Source: Selaginella moellendorffii (lineage: Eukaryota; Plantae; Lycopodiophyta). From it: DNA of 64,000 nucleotides. Below the pieces are notes generated by a model. That model was not told the DNA's origin and ran no database searches. It saw nothing but the letters and a program-made list of their open reading frames with translations. Each line of letters opens with the position of its first letter. The first letter of the stretch is position 1. A program made the translations under genes and the position numbers. Location of the stretch: the NCBI RefSeq assembly GCF_000143415.4, contig NW_003314277.1, positions 614,642 through 678,641 on the forward strand. Reading direction: 5' to 3'. This document shows positions 11,101-22,256 of the stretch, one piece after another.

Positions 11101-13830
11101 ATAGTAGGGATAGTGAGGTCCAGGAACCAGTTTTGAAGGGACTCTCCAGTTAGGCTTCCAAACCGACTTGAGGTTGGGACTGGGACCGAAGGGCCTTGGG
11201 TGGGAGTGAGCATGGACTTGGCTGGTGCCGGAGGGGCCATCCAAGGAAGTGCTCAAGAGCAGCTCCCACTCCCGAAAGGGAAACCAATTGCGGTGCTCCC
11301 GGCTCATGTGGAGTGGTGCCCCACTTGAGTATCAGGCGGCTCATTGATCCTCGCCCTTCCTAGGGGCTTGGGCCTTCCTTCGGGATGGAAGTGGGGGGCG
11401 AGAGGTACCCATACCGGGCCGCTAGGCCACGGTGTTTCGCCCCGGCGTCCCGAAGCAAGTGTTGCACTCAAGACTTGGGATTTAGAGGGTCCCATGATCA
11501 AGTCTTGTGGTACTAAGGGATGTTAGGAACCTGGAAGCTTGGTGTGCTTGGCTGCTTGTGCTTGCGGGGAGTGTAGCCGAACCTTAAGTCCAGTCTAACC
11601 CGAGGAGGGGGATTGAGAGTGATTTGGGAATCCGTGGAAGGATGGCTAACACTCCATTGCTCGTGCAGTGAGTAGCTGAAACCAAGTAGGAGTTGGTACC
11701 ATAGGCGAAAACCTTGGCAAGGGAACTTAGCAAAAACCAAGGCAGTGTCGGATGGATAGACGAGGTAAGCTGGCAAATTGGAAAGGAAAAATTTGTGGCT
11801 TACAGCACCACCTCTGACAAACTGGAGACTGCCGAGAAACAACTTCCAACACCAGATTCGACAATGGAATGATCAACCTTGCTACAACAATTACAACAAT
11901 TACAACAATGACTACAACAACTACAACGATCGACAATACCTGCCGAACCGGAACTACCTGGCAAATTGAGACAACTACAACCAAGGATACCAACAATACC
12001 CAAGATACCAAAACCGAAGATACCAAGGCCAAGGTTATCAAGACCAGGGCTACCAAGGCAACTACAACAACCGACCATGGCAACCTCGACTTCAAAACCA
12101 AGGCAGTCCGCCGAGACTTGGTCCGCCACCTCCTCGACAACAAGATCAGAACCAGCACCGACCACCAACAACAAGGATGGTCGAGACCAATAAACTACCT
12201 TATGCCAACAATGATGACTCAGATCCTCAAGTCATGGCAGTACAAACCTGAGCACAAATTTGAGCAGAAAAACAACAACAACCGGACAGAGATTCCGGAG
12301 ATAGTGAAGAGAAGGGCCCAGAGAGCCTGACAAAACTCCAGGAATGGAAAAAGAAGCAGAAGTTAGCTGCCAAGATACAACAGCAACTCACTCTACAACC
12401 ACCTGAGTTAGTGATTTTAGACTCCGACAATGAAGCTCAACCATCACCAGCTCGACAACAATGCCAAGACTCAATACCAGAAAACTGACAGAAAAATTGT
12501 CCGACATCGACACCGACACCACAACACAATCTGGCAAACTTCAAGGAAATCCAAGAAGTAGCAGAGACTATCCTCAACCAAAATATTCAGATCACCGTCG
12601 GCCAACTGCTGAAGATTGCACCCTACCTCACCAAACAACTCACCGATCTGACATCTGCACCGACTAACACTCTGACAGACTCGCCCAAACTCAACCTGAC
12701 ATGGACAGCTGTCGACACATTTCAAACCGAGATTCAACCAGGCGATTGCGACAATGATGTTCTGACAATCGACCTACTCGACAAACACCTTGTTTGCGGA
12801 GCCATAATTGACAGCAGCTCCAGCATCAATATTATTGAAGAAAGTCTTGTTCAACAACTCAACATCGGCCCAATCCACCCAGCACCTTTTAATGTCTGAA
12901 TGGCCGACCAAGGCATCAAACTTCTTCCAAAGAAGAAACACTTGTTCACTTGGAGTTACCGAGACCTTAAGGGAGTTTCACCAACACTTAACCTTCACAC
13001 CATCACCCTTCTTCCAGACTCAAACCGAGAAGACAAGCAGCCTACAGGATGAATCCGAATCTGATGGAACAAGTAAAGAAAGAACTCGACAAGCTTGTCC
13101 AAGTCGAGTACATCTACCCGATTCAGAATCCAATCTGGCTTTCCCCACTGGTGGTTGTGCCCAAGAAAAACGGCAAACTTCAAATCTATGTCAACTATAA
13201 ACAGCTCAATGATGCCACCGAAAAATATGTCTTCCCAATACCATTTACTGACGAAGTTCTTGATGCAGTTGCCGGATACGAGATGTACTTCTTCCTCGAC
13301 GGTTTCTCCGGCTACAACCAAATTCATATTGCTAAAGAAGGTCAGCACAAGACAGCATTCGTCAGTCCATGGGGAGCTTATGCTTACCGACAAATGCCTT
13401 TCAGACTCTGCAATGCCCCATTCACCTTCCAAAGACTTGTCACCAACACTTTTCGAGACTACCTCACTGATTTCATGAGAGTCTTCATGGACGACTTTAG
13501 CGTTTTCAGCTCAGAAGATCGACATCTTGAATGCCTTGAGAAATGCCTCGACAAGTGCGAGGAGAACAACATAGCACTCAACCCCAACAAATGCGCTTTC
13601 TTCATCAAATTTGGAGTACTTCTCAGCCACGTTGTCTGCAAAGATGGCATTCTTATCGATAAGGACAAAGTTGACGTCATCTCCAAACTCGAACCGCTGA
13701 AGAATTAGAAAGAACTCCGACGCTTCCTCGGCAAAGTTGGATATCACTGACGCTTCATCCACAAGTACGCTCACATCGCCAAACCACTCACCGATGGACT
13801 AAAGCAAGATGCCCAATGGACATGGATGTC
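8184..13830 (+). mobile_element. Degenerate non-chromovirus Gypsy (Athila/Tat-like) gag-pol remnant
   Basis: gag with two zinc knuckles (CTKCKNEGH, CQICAKEGHDAKTC, ~10450-10550); protease AIIDSSSSINII (~12800); RT 13049-13708 (FLDGFSGYNQI, MPFRLCNAPFTFQR, FMDDFSVF); frameshifts and stops; truncated before RNase H. Confidence 0.9.
10652..11804 (+). mobile_element. Solo LTR inserted in gag
   Basis: TGTAAG...CTTACA ends; TSD GCACC (10647-10651, 11805-11809); homologous to the LTR at 28331; GAGTCC/GAGACC/GAGATC hexamer array at ~10740-11010. Confidence 0.92.
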
Positions 13831-14289
13831 CAAGCAGCAACAAGCGATGGAGATTGACTATGTTCACACCAAGGACAGTGTCTAGTTCTATCAGGGGAGC
13901 AGAGTGTATCAACCAAAAACCCAGGCTCAGGGAACTCCAACCTTGAACCCAGGCTTGCATCGGAGATCATGCACAGCATATAGTATATGCTGGCAGTTAG
14001 AACTGCTAGCCTTTCAAAAGAGGGAATCCAAATTGTGAATCTCTATCTTCATTCATTATTTTTTTTATTAATACATAGCATTCTTTCACTCGTCCTTCTT
14101 CTTAGCCTTTAGAGATCGGGCCCTTTTCTCTTTTGTTTTCTTACTAACAATAGATTTCCAGTGAAGAGGAGTATCCACACCTCTTCACTTTCTCTTGGAA
14201 AAATATTTGATCTAAGCAAGAATCCTAGTAAGAAGCGCTTTCTTTTGGTGATCCTCTCTGGCTCATAATTTTTTTCCCGCTTTCTCCAG

Positions 14290-14500
14290 GGCTTATGGAT
14301 AGATCAAGCTACTCCGGCTGTTTGCCACAGCTTTTCTTCGAGATCTTTGGCTGTGACTTGGGGAAGCACCGCAGAATACTGGGAATGGTCCTCAAAGCAT
14401 GGTGCCAGATACTTAAGTGGCGCACCTCAAGATGGTTTGCTGGCTAGAGCTCTCTGGGAACAGGAAGTTGAGCCTAGCTCCAGGAACTAAGCTATCTGCC
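14290..14500 (+). pseudogene. Phloem protein 2 (PP2) lectin-domain fragment
   Basis: After a ttctccag acceptor: GLWIDQATPAVCHSFSSRSLAVTWGSTAEYWEW, then frameshift to VAHLKMVCWLELSG..LAPGT, matching PP2 motifs (L.ITWG...YW.W; VA.L..VCWLE). Confidence 0.7.
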
Positions 14501-14858
14501 GCCAATTCTCTGCTGCTGCCAAACCTCTAGACTCCCGGAGTTTTCATCCCCCAGGTCGGACACATCGCTGCGAGCGCCGCAATTGTTCGGGAAGAAACTG
14601 TTGTCGTCGTCGTCGTCCAATCTGTCCCAAGAGGAGGAAGGATCGAGAGGAGCTGCCCAGGCGTCGTCGATTCCCAGGAATGGAGCTTCCAGCGGCCTGA
14701 GGTCCTCGAGATACTTGGTTCACCCTTTGCTGCTTCTCACTCTCCAGCCCTTCATTCCCGCTTGTTACCAGATCGTCACCCCAGAAGAATCCATCGCCAG
14801 CGCTGTGGTGCTTGTAGCGCCTCCGCCGGCTCTTGTGATGCCCCAGCCGGCACCTCGA

Positions 14859-14990
14859 TCAGGCCAGCCCCGCGATCCCCAGCATGAAGAGCATGAACGT
14901 CACCAGCAGCGGCGAGAAGAGCACCAGGATGGGGACACATACCAGGCTGAGGCCGAGGAGTAGCAACACTGCCTCTTGGAGACTCAAGCT
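14859..14990 (-). pseudogene. Oleosin-like hydrophobic fragment
   Basis: Minus frame LLLLGLSLVCVPILVLFSPLLVTFMLFMLGIAGLA* resembles the oleosin proline knot PX5SPX3P but lacks the last Pro. Confidence 0.45.
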
Positions 14991-15779
14991 CGATTCCAAT
15001 GCCTTTGGGTGGGATAAGAAACTAGTGAGATTCAGCTTGGCAACTCTAGACAGAAGGGTGATGAACTCTTTGTGCTACCTGGTGGACTCCTTCTACACAT
15101 AGCATGAATGACTCCATTCCACACATAGCATGGGTCATTGCTATGGGCATGAAGCCCCATCCGTGGCATAAGGATGGATATTCATGAAATATTCTATGCC
15201 TGTGTTTTTTTCACACTCACATTACATGTGGACCAATAGCAGCCAGACACGTATTGTGAATGAAAAATGCCACAGTTGTTTCCAGCCTTTTAGGAATTGC
15301 ATGCCATAGTATGTTATAAGTGAGAGTGGTTTTTGGTTTGCTTAAGCAAACTGAATGGCAGTGAATATACTTAAAATATGCTTAAATATTTTAGAATATT
15401 TTATTATCTAATGGTTGATATGCAATAAGATTAATCTTGTGTTTATAAATTACAAACATGTTTATAATTATAAACTTTATTTGATCAATTGGATTAATAA
15501 ATAACAATAAAACTTGCTATATACAAAGTGTTGCAATATATTTAATTGCTCACCCAAAATAAAACTTTAACTTTTTCTTAACCTAATTTCTCCCCCTGTA
15601 CGTATGCTTGGCGTATTTTAATCCATCATATACATACGAAAATGGATTGGAGCTCTAAAGTTTTGCGGCATTTAAACAAGACATTTTGTGTCTTCGCTAC
15701 TGGAACCATAAATATTGGTCAACGCTAACAGACACCACTAGTGTGTTGGAACTGAACACACAAAGCTGAAGCTGGAACA

Positions 15780-16732
15780 TGTGTCCACGGTGACGACCAA
15801 GGTACCATTATATGGGATCTCTTCCGCCGGACGGATCTCGAGGGCGTGAAGCCAGACGACGTTCGTGACCTTCCTCGCGATCCTGGGCGCGTGCTCCTCC
15901 ACCAGAGATCTCGCCACTGGGAGCGATCTCCACGCCTGGATCGTGGCGAGTGGAATCGCAATCACGTCATTGGCAGCGCACTTGTCCACTTCTACTGCAA
16001 ATGCGAGCGAGATCCCCGACCCCAATGTTCTCACATGGACGTTGATCATCGCGGCGCACGCCGAGATGGGATTGCATCGCAAGGGGATGGATCTCTTCCG
16101 GAGGATGCAGCTCTCCGGCGTTAGCGTGGACAGGCTCGTGATCGCCAGCGTGCTCGAGTCCCTGGCCGCGCTAGGGCTCTCGGATCCATCCATCCGGAGC
16201 GCCGCGACACCGATTCACGAGTGGATCTTCCTCTCCGGGCTGGAGTGCAATCCCTACCTGCGAACTGGATTGATCGCCATGTATGGGAAGTGGGGGCTCC
16301 TCCACGAATCCATGGCGATCTTCTTCCGTGAGAGCTCGCTGGATTCCAATGTGGTGGCCTGGACAGCGATGATTTCTTCGTGCTGGGAGCACAGCCGCGT
16401 CGATTTGGCCGTGGCGCTCTTCCACCGGATGAATCTCGAGGGCTTGCGGCAGGACTGCGTCTAGATGATGACGATCATGGACGCACTCGCCAGTGATTCC
16501 TCGTATTGCCCGTGCAACCTCGCGGGGACCGGCGAGGCAATCGCGTCTTGCGGCCTGGAATCCAGCACCGCGATTGGGAACTCGCTCATCAATCTCCGGC
16601 CGGATACTGGAGATCTTCCACGGGATGATCCATAGGGACGTGAGCTCCTGGGGCAGCATCATTACAGCGCTTGCCAGAGCGGCAATGCCGCTGGCGTTCT
16701 AGTGATGCTCTGCGAGATGGATATCGAGGGCA
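15780..16732 (+). pseudogene. PLS-class PPR pseudogene fragment
   Basis: TFLAILGAC, NVLTWTLIIAAHA, TGLIAMYGKWG, NVVAWTAMISS, RDVSSWGSII; stops and frameshifts; ends at the N gap. Confidence 0.9.
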
Positions 16733-16832
16733 NNNNNNNNNNNNNNNNNNNNNNNNNNNNNNNNNNNNNNNNNNNNNNNNNNNNNNNNNNNNNNNNNNNN
16801 NNNNNNNNNNNNNNNNNNNNNNNNNNNNNNNN
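16733..16832. other. Assembly gap (100 N)
   Basis: Run of 100 N. Confidence 1.
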
Positions 16833-17038
16833 AGGTAGCAAAGTTTGTTGCGCATACATCTGTCGAGAAATGTGCGTTCTTGCTCTACAGTACATTCACT
16901 TGACGACCCGGAGGATGTGTGATATATGTCTCACATGAAGGACATCAGAGGTAGCTCTCTATGTATTCTACGCAGGGACGGAGGTCTAGGCTATCGATGC
17001 CGACATCAGGGTGTTCGTATGTCCCATCAATGCTGGCA

Positions 17039-17291
17039 TATCCATCTCACGGAGCATCACTAGAACGCCAGCGGCATTGCCGCTATGCTGCCCCAGGAGC
17101 TCACATCCCTATGGATCATCCCGTGGAAGATCTCCAGTGCATGCTCGATCCGGCCGCTCTTGGCGTGGAGCGAGTTCCCAATCGCGGTGCTGGATTCCAG
17201 GCCGCAAGACGTGATCACCTCGCCAGTCCCTGCGAGGTTGCACGGGCAATACGAGGGATCACTGGCGAGCGCGTCCATGATCGTCATCATC
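17039..17291 (-). repeat. Inverted duplicate of PPR segment ~16464-16724
   Basis: Reverse complement aligns with 16464-16724; each arm has different deletions. Confidence 0.85.
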
Positions 17292-17312
17292 GAGAAACCC
17301 TAAACCCTAAAC

Positions 17313-17740
17313 CTGGAACTCGATCGTCATCTCCTTCGCGCAGCACGGGCGATTGGATCCGCGCGAGGGAGCTCTTCCAGGCGATGCATCTCGAGGGAAT
17401 GGAGCCGCGTGACGATCGTGAGCATCCTCTCGGCGTGCCACCACGCCGGGATCTTGGAGGAGGCGCGGTGCTACTTCGTGTGCATGGCGGACGACCACGG
17501 CATCGATCCAGCGCTGCTCCACTATGGATCCATGATCGATCTCTTCGGCCGCGCAGGGTGGCTGGATCACGCCGCTGGTGCGCGAGATGCCCATCCAGCC
17601 TGCGATCACGAGAGTCATGGCACTCCTGGGATCTTGCCAGATCCACAGGATGCGCGGCGGATGTCCGGGGCGGCAGAGCAAGCGATCGATCTAGACCCGA
17701 GAGCGCCGCTGGGGGATTAGCGTTGCTATCCAATACATAG
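17313..17740 (+). pseudogene. PPR C-terminal (last repeats plus E domain) fragment
   Basis: WNSIVISFAQHG, TIVSILSACHHAGILEEA, HYGSMIDLFGRAGWLD, MPIQP...LLGSCQIH; frameshifted. Confidence 0.85.
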
Positions 17741-17899
17741 AATAGTGGAATACGAAGAACCCTAAAAACATATTCCTTTTTTATACCTTTTTACAGAATT
17801 GAAGAATCTAGTTTGGAGATAAAAGGCATATTTAGTTCACGGGATAAAGGCATATTCTTTTCATTAAGAATCTTTTCGAATCTTTTCTATTATACCTTT

Positions 17900-19639
17900 T
17901 TAGAAGTAGAAAAGAATCTTGTTTGGGTTTGATTGATCTTGCTGCTGGAGCACGTCTTCGAGCAGATCTTCGCTAAACTCGAGAGCTGCGCATCGAAACA
18001 TCTGGCTGTCCACCAGCTTACCTTCGCTGGCCACTCCCCACGCTGCGTGCTCGAACACTTCCACCTCGATCGTCGCCACGAATGACTCTCGGCACGCGGG
18101 CTGCCACTCGAGCTTTCCAATCGGAGCAAGGATTTGCTCCGAGAACGACACCGGCGAAGCATAGCACAGAATCTAATCGCCAAGGAGGAGAGAACCGAAA
18201 GCCATACCATGATAGTGTGTGAAGGACCAACTCCGATTAACGCGAACTTCGCTTCCAGGAGAGAGAGCTGCACGTCCTTGAAAATGGTCTCAAGGTCGTT
18301 GGTGCGCAGATCCAATTTGCAGTTGGCCGATTGGTATCCGAGTGAGAAGACGTAAGGGGTCTCTTGAACCGAGCTCCCGAGCAGACAATCTGGGAAGAAT
18401 TATCCCGCGACATCCCCTGGAGCCACACATGACCGGCAGGGAAAGTTTCTCCCCAGTTCTTCTCCTGGTGCGCAAACCCCGTCACCGTGAACCACCATGT
18501 TCTTGTCGCTGCTGAAAAATGTGTACTTTGCTCGGGAGCCCAGACTGTGCACGTACCAATGGCATGGGAACAGTGGAACTTTCCCCCCAGCCTTCGGGGC
18601 CCTTTTTACTGTTGCCAGAATCCCATGGAACCTGGAAAAAACACCGGGATATGAGATTTTGTTTTGGTTCTGGAATGAAGAACATTACCGTGTCACTCGT
18701 CTCAACTCTGAGGTCGTAACCATTTAGCCAGACCTCCACCTCGGACTCATTCGGCTTCATCACGATTTTTCCAATGCCTGCAGCCTCCCACTGAAATCGC
18801 TTGGGCTCGTCGCCATTGTCAGCTCCAGACAAATCTCCTGTCGTGCTAAACTTCGCGTCCTGCAAGAAGAAAACAGCGGGGAAACTAAGAAACTTCCAAT
18901 GAAGAAATGCAGGTCAACAAAACAAAAAAACACCAGGAAGGATTGCAAAACAATGTAAAAAGAAGGGAAAACAATAGACCATAGTCAATGAAAAAAAGGA
19001 AAAGAACAGTGGGTGGACGACATGGAGACTAGAAAGCTAGTAAACTATGATCGATAAAAAAAAGGAAAAGAATAAAAAGCTAGCGAACTATGATCAATGA
19101 AAAAAAGGAAAAGAACAGTGGAGTGGACGACATGGAGACTAAAAAGCTAGTAAACTATGATAAAACTCACACCCGAAATACTCGTAAACTTAAAACAAAA
19201 CGAATGCTAGCAATCTAGGAGTGCGTGAGCTAGAACAAGAAAAAAAACCATACCTTGGAAGCGATAAACTCACCTTTGTTTTCACGGCCACAGCGTGTGA
19301 GCTATGCGATGAATCACTGAAGAGCAAAGTAACCTGGCTCTCCTGTGTCGCGTAATTCGTCGCCATGATCACACCAGGGCTGAATTGCCTCGGCTCATCC
19401 ATAAGCCGCGTGTACCATCCCTCGAAGGAAGGATAGGGGCGAATCCTCTCCGGAAGAAGCCGGCTAAAGCTGGGTTTGTGAGGATCCCACGAGAACTCCG
19501 CTGGCAACTATGGCATCGAGAGTTTCCTGGCGACGATGGCAGACTACGCACGGGACAAGGAAGCGGCAAAGAGGGTGATGGAGATGGAGTGGGAGGTGAG
19601 GTTTGGGAAGCAGGAGGACACTTGCGTTGCCAAGGCCAT
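17900..19639 (-). pseudogene. Tocopherol-cyclase-like gene (non-canonical), frameshifted
   Basis: FEGWYTR, GPEGW, PCHWYVHSLGS, AHQEKNWGETFP..VWLQG and C-terminal AALEF. Ser/Thr-rich transit-peptide-like start at 19639 with stops; frameshifts at G runs near 18480 and 18585; introns present. Confidence 0.75.
18984..19160. repeat. Imperfect tandem duplication in intron
   Basis: aatgaaaaaaaggaaaagaacagtgg..gtggacgacatggagacta.aaagctagtaaactatga occurs twice with a partial unit between. Confidence 0.8.
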
Positions 19640-20411
19640 CTGCGAGAGAGGTATGGAACTCGCTGCTCAAGTCCTGGGCCTCTGAGTGAGCTTCTGGAGT
19701 GTTTTCGTATTTCTTCTTCTTTTTCTACTACTACTTACTATTTCTCTTTCGTCTCTTCTGCTGTTACTAGTTCTTGTGCTTTGCCAGAATCCTTCTTTTT
19801 ACTTTGTAGAAATAGTAGTATCAGAGGTCGAGCAGACCTCTCTGAGTGTCGAAAAACTAAAGTGGTTATAAAATAGAAGACTCGTCGTCTGACGGATTCG
19901 AACTCTCGCGGGGAAACCCCACCTTAACCACTTGGTCCATGAAACCGAAAGTAATCCAAGTTCTGTGCATGAAAAAGTGTATAACTTTTTTTCGAATTTT
20001 TCTTGGTCGCGACCCGAAAACTGTGTGAGAAGTCAAGGAGAAAAGGACGAGACCTTCGTTTCTGCAAGAAAACAACCAAGTCGATTAGGAACAGAAAAAG
20101 AAAACAAGGCCTTGCCATATGCTTGATGTCGGTGAGGAACTCCTGGCGAACCCTCTAACGTTCGAATGTCTAGCGTTATTCTAGAAATTTCTAGACTAAC
20201 TTGTTCGATGCACAGAGAAAAGGAGCAGCACGAAGCATTGGGCCAGGGACAGGTTAGCACTGCAAGGAGCTTTGATATCTTCCAGTGTTTGAGGAGACAT
20301 ACAAGGTAACAGAACTCTCTCTCTCTCTCTCTCTTTTCTCTTCGTTTCTTTGCTTTTTATTTTGTGTGAAAAGAGTAAGCATTCTAGTTAACTAGGGTTT
20401 CTTTTCTCGGC

Positions 20412-22256
20412 ATGGCGTTTTTGCGAGCGCAGCGCGTTTTGTACATCCATCCCACAAGCGAAGCGGAGCTAGACGAAGGAGTGCTGCGACACAAAGGGAG
20501 GAGAGGTAGGCCAGTTCCCAGCACTCTGCCCGATGTGGCCGGCCTTCGGGGATGGCTGCAAGAAGAACTGCCTTTTGTGGATTCGGTCCTCGTTCCCGGC
20601 GATGGATGGTACAATCCAGAGTACTTACCAGACGGCCCACTTCCTGTGAGCTTTGCGCTTCATGTGCGTGGATCCGAAGGTAAAGTAAATGGTTTCTTGC
20701 TCTTGGTCTCCGCTCATTCTTGGTTTATGTGATCAGGCAAGCGACGCAGGGACGAAAACACCGCTGTGACAGTCGCAAGGAGTCAGACGAAGAGGGTGAA
20801 GGATTACCAAGTGTACGAGCCCATGCTCGTGAAGCCGGATATCCTACTGGGCGGCCGGTCGAGTACCATGCTCGTGGCTCTAAAGTGGCTAGCTTTGCTC
20901 GAGCGCGAGGCTGCCAAGGTAGACCTTACAAGCCTGAGAGAGCTAAGGCTCGCCAAGGTGAAGCCAAAGGAGAGCGCTTATTATCCCGGCATCTTGGCCT
21001 TCTTACGAGCCGCTTCGATTGGTCAGAAAGGCTTGAATTTCGGTGGGCAGGGCTATGGAAACCTGAAGAGGGCGGACCTGCAGGGCTTTATATGCGGCAA
21101 GCCAAGAGCTCTGTCGGAAGTGAAAACAAAGGTTTTCTACGCAACCGATAAGGATGAGACGGGTATGGTGGCTAATGCTACGCTGATAAAGCAGGAAGCA
21201 GACTATCTGAAAACGGGAATCGAGGGAACTGATGAGACGACTCGTCTAGGGTGCCTGTTTTGCCGCATGGACAGGTTCTGGATTGTCAAGTACCTGCGAG
21301 AGACGGATAAGGTTCAGGTGACGCCGGGATTTCCTTTCGGTCAGAAACCGGATGAATCGCCTCTGCAGCTGGCCGGCTTCAGTCCGGATTTTGTGCTGAT
21401 GAAGCTTTCGTGGCTAAATGAGATCAGCTTGGAGAGCATCAGCCTGAAGGACGTTCTACCTCCTAAACCGATGCCTGGATTTTGTACGTTGGTCTCCTAT
21501 ACGGAGGAACTGCAGCGAATGTACGATCTACCGGTGCTGAATGTTCGTTTCGTGGGACCAAGCACTGATATCCCGCTCTCAGATCTGACGCCAGTGGCTT
21601 ATGGCAAGAAGTCTCTTGTGGTGCTCCGACGATCGGCGTCCAACGTCCTCAAGATCTGCTCGCCATCGAGTGCTGAGATGGAGCGACGCATCCATGGAGC
21701 ATCTGACGGCCACTCCAACGTGCGGAGGCTTGTGAACTGGGGAATGGTGAGCATCGGGGAGACCAATGACGTGTTTGGCTTTCTGGAGCTTGAGGGCTAT
21801 GGCCAGCCTTTTGGTCGGGAGCACATTGCCGACATGGAAGCGATGGATGATATGTGGAATCAGGCGTACTGCGGGCTCAAGCATCTCCATTCCAAGGGTG
21901 TTCTTCACCGGGACGTGAAGCCAGACAACCTGGTCGTGTTTCCGGGTAACGTGCTCAAGATAAACGACTACGATGTGTCATGCTTCAAAGGCGAGAGCCG
22001 TGCTTACAGCGAGATGGTGGGAACTGTCGGGTACCAGTCTCCTTCCGATATGTTGCCGTATGTGGAGGAGGACGACGTGTTGTCTCTGGCGCTCTCTTTC
22101 TATGCCCTCAAGTTTGGAACGACAACGACTTCTAAAGCGGGCCGGCTCCATATCTTACTCCGAGAGCTGCAACCGGATGTTTTCCCTGAAACAATGATCC
22201 AGGCTGTCAAAGAAGCGGTGACGCAACTCGACTTGGAGCTACTTGAAGAAGATTAG
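20412..22256 (+). CDS. Crinkler (CR)-type protein: header + PD-(D/E)xK REase-like domain + protein kinase, 595 aa, 2 exons
   Basis: Exon 1 20412-20679, 57-nt GT-AG intron 20680-20736, exon 2 20737-22256 in frame. Motifs: ALHVR + GKRRR, RADLQGF..ALSEVKT, QEADYL, VLKI, HRDVKPDNL, INDYDVS, VGTVGYQSP. Confidence 0.8.

Noticed and set aside
15737-15762. Hairpin plus CTAG as a Helitron 3' end
   Set aside because: Hairpin is AT-containing and directly abuts CTAG instead of lying ~11 nt upstream; no 5' end was found.
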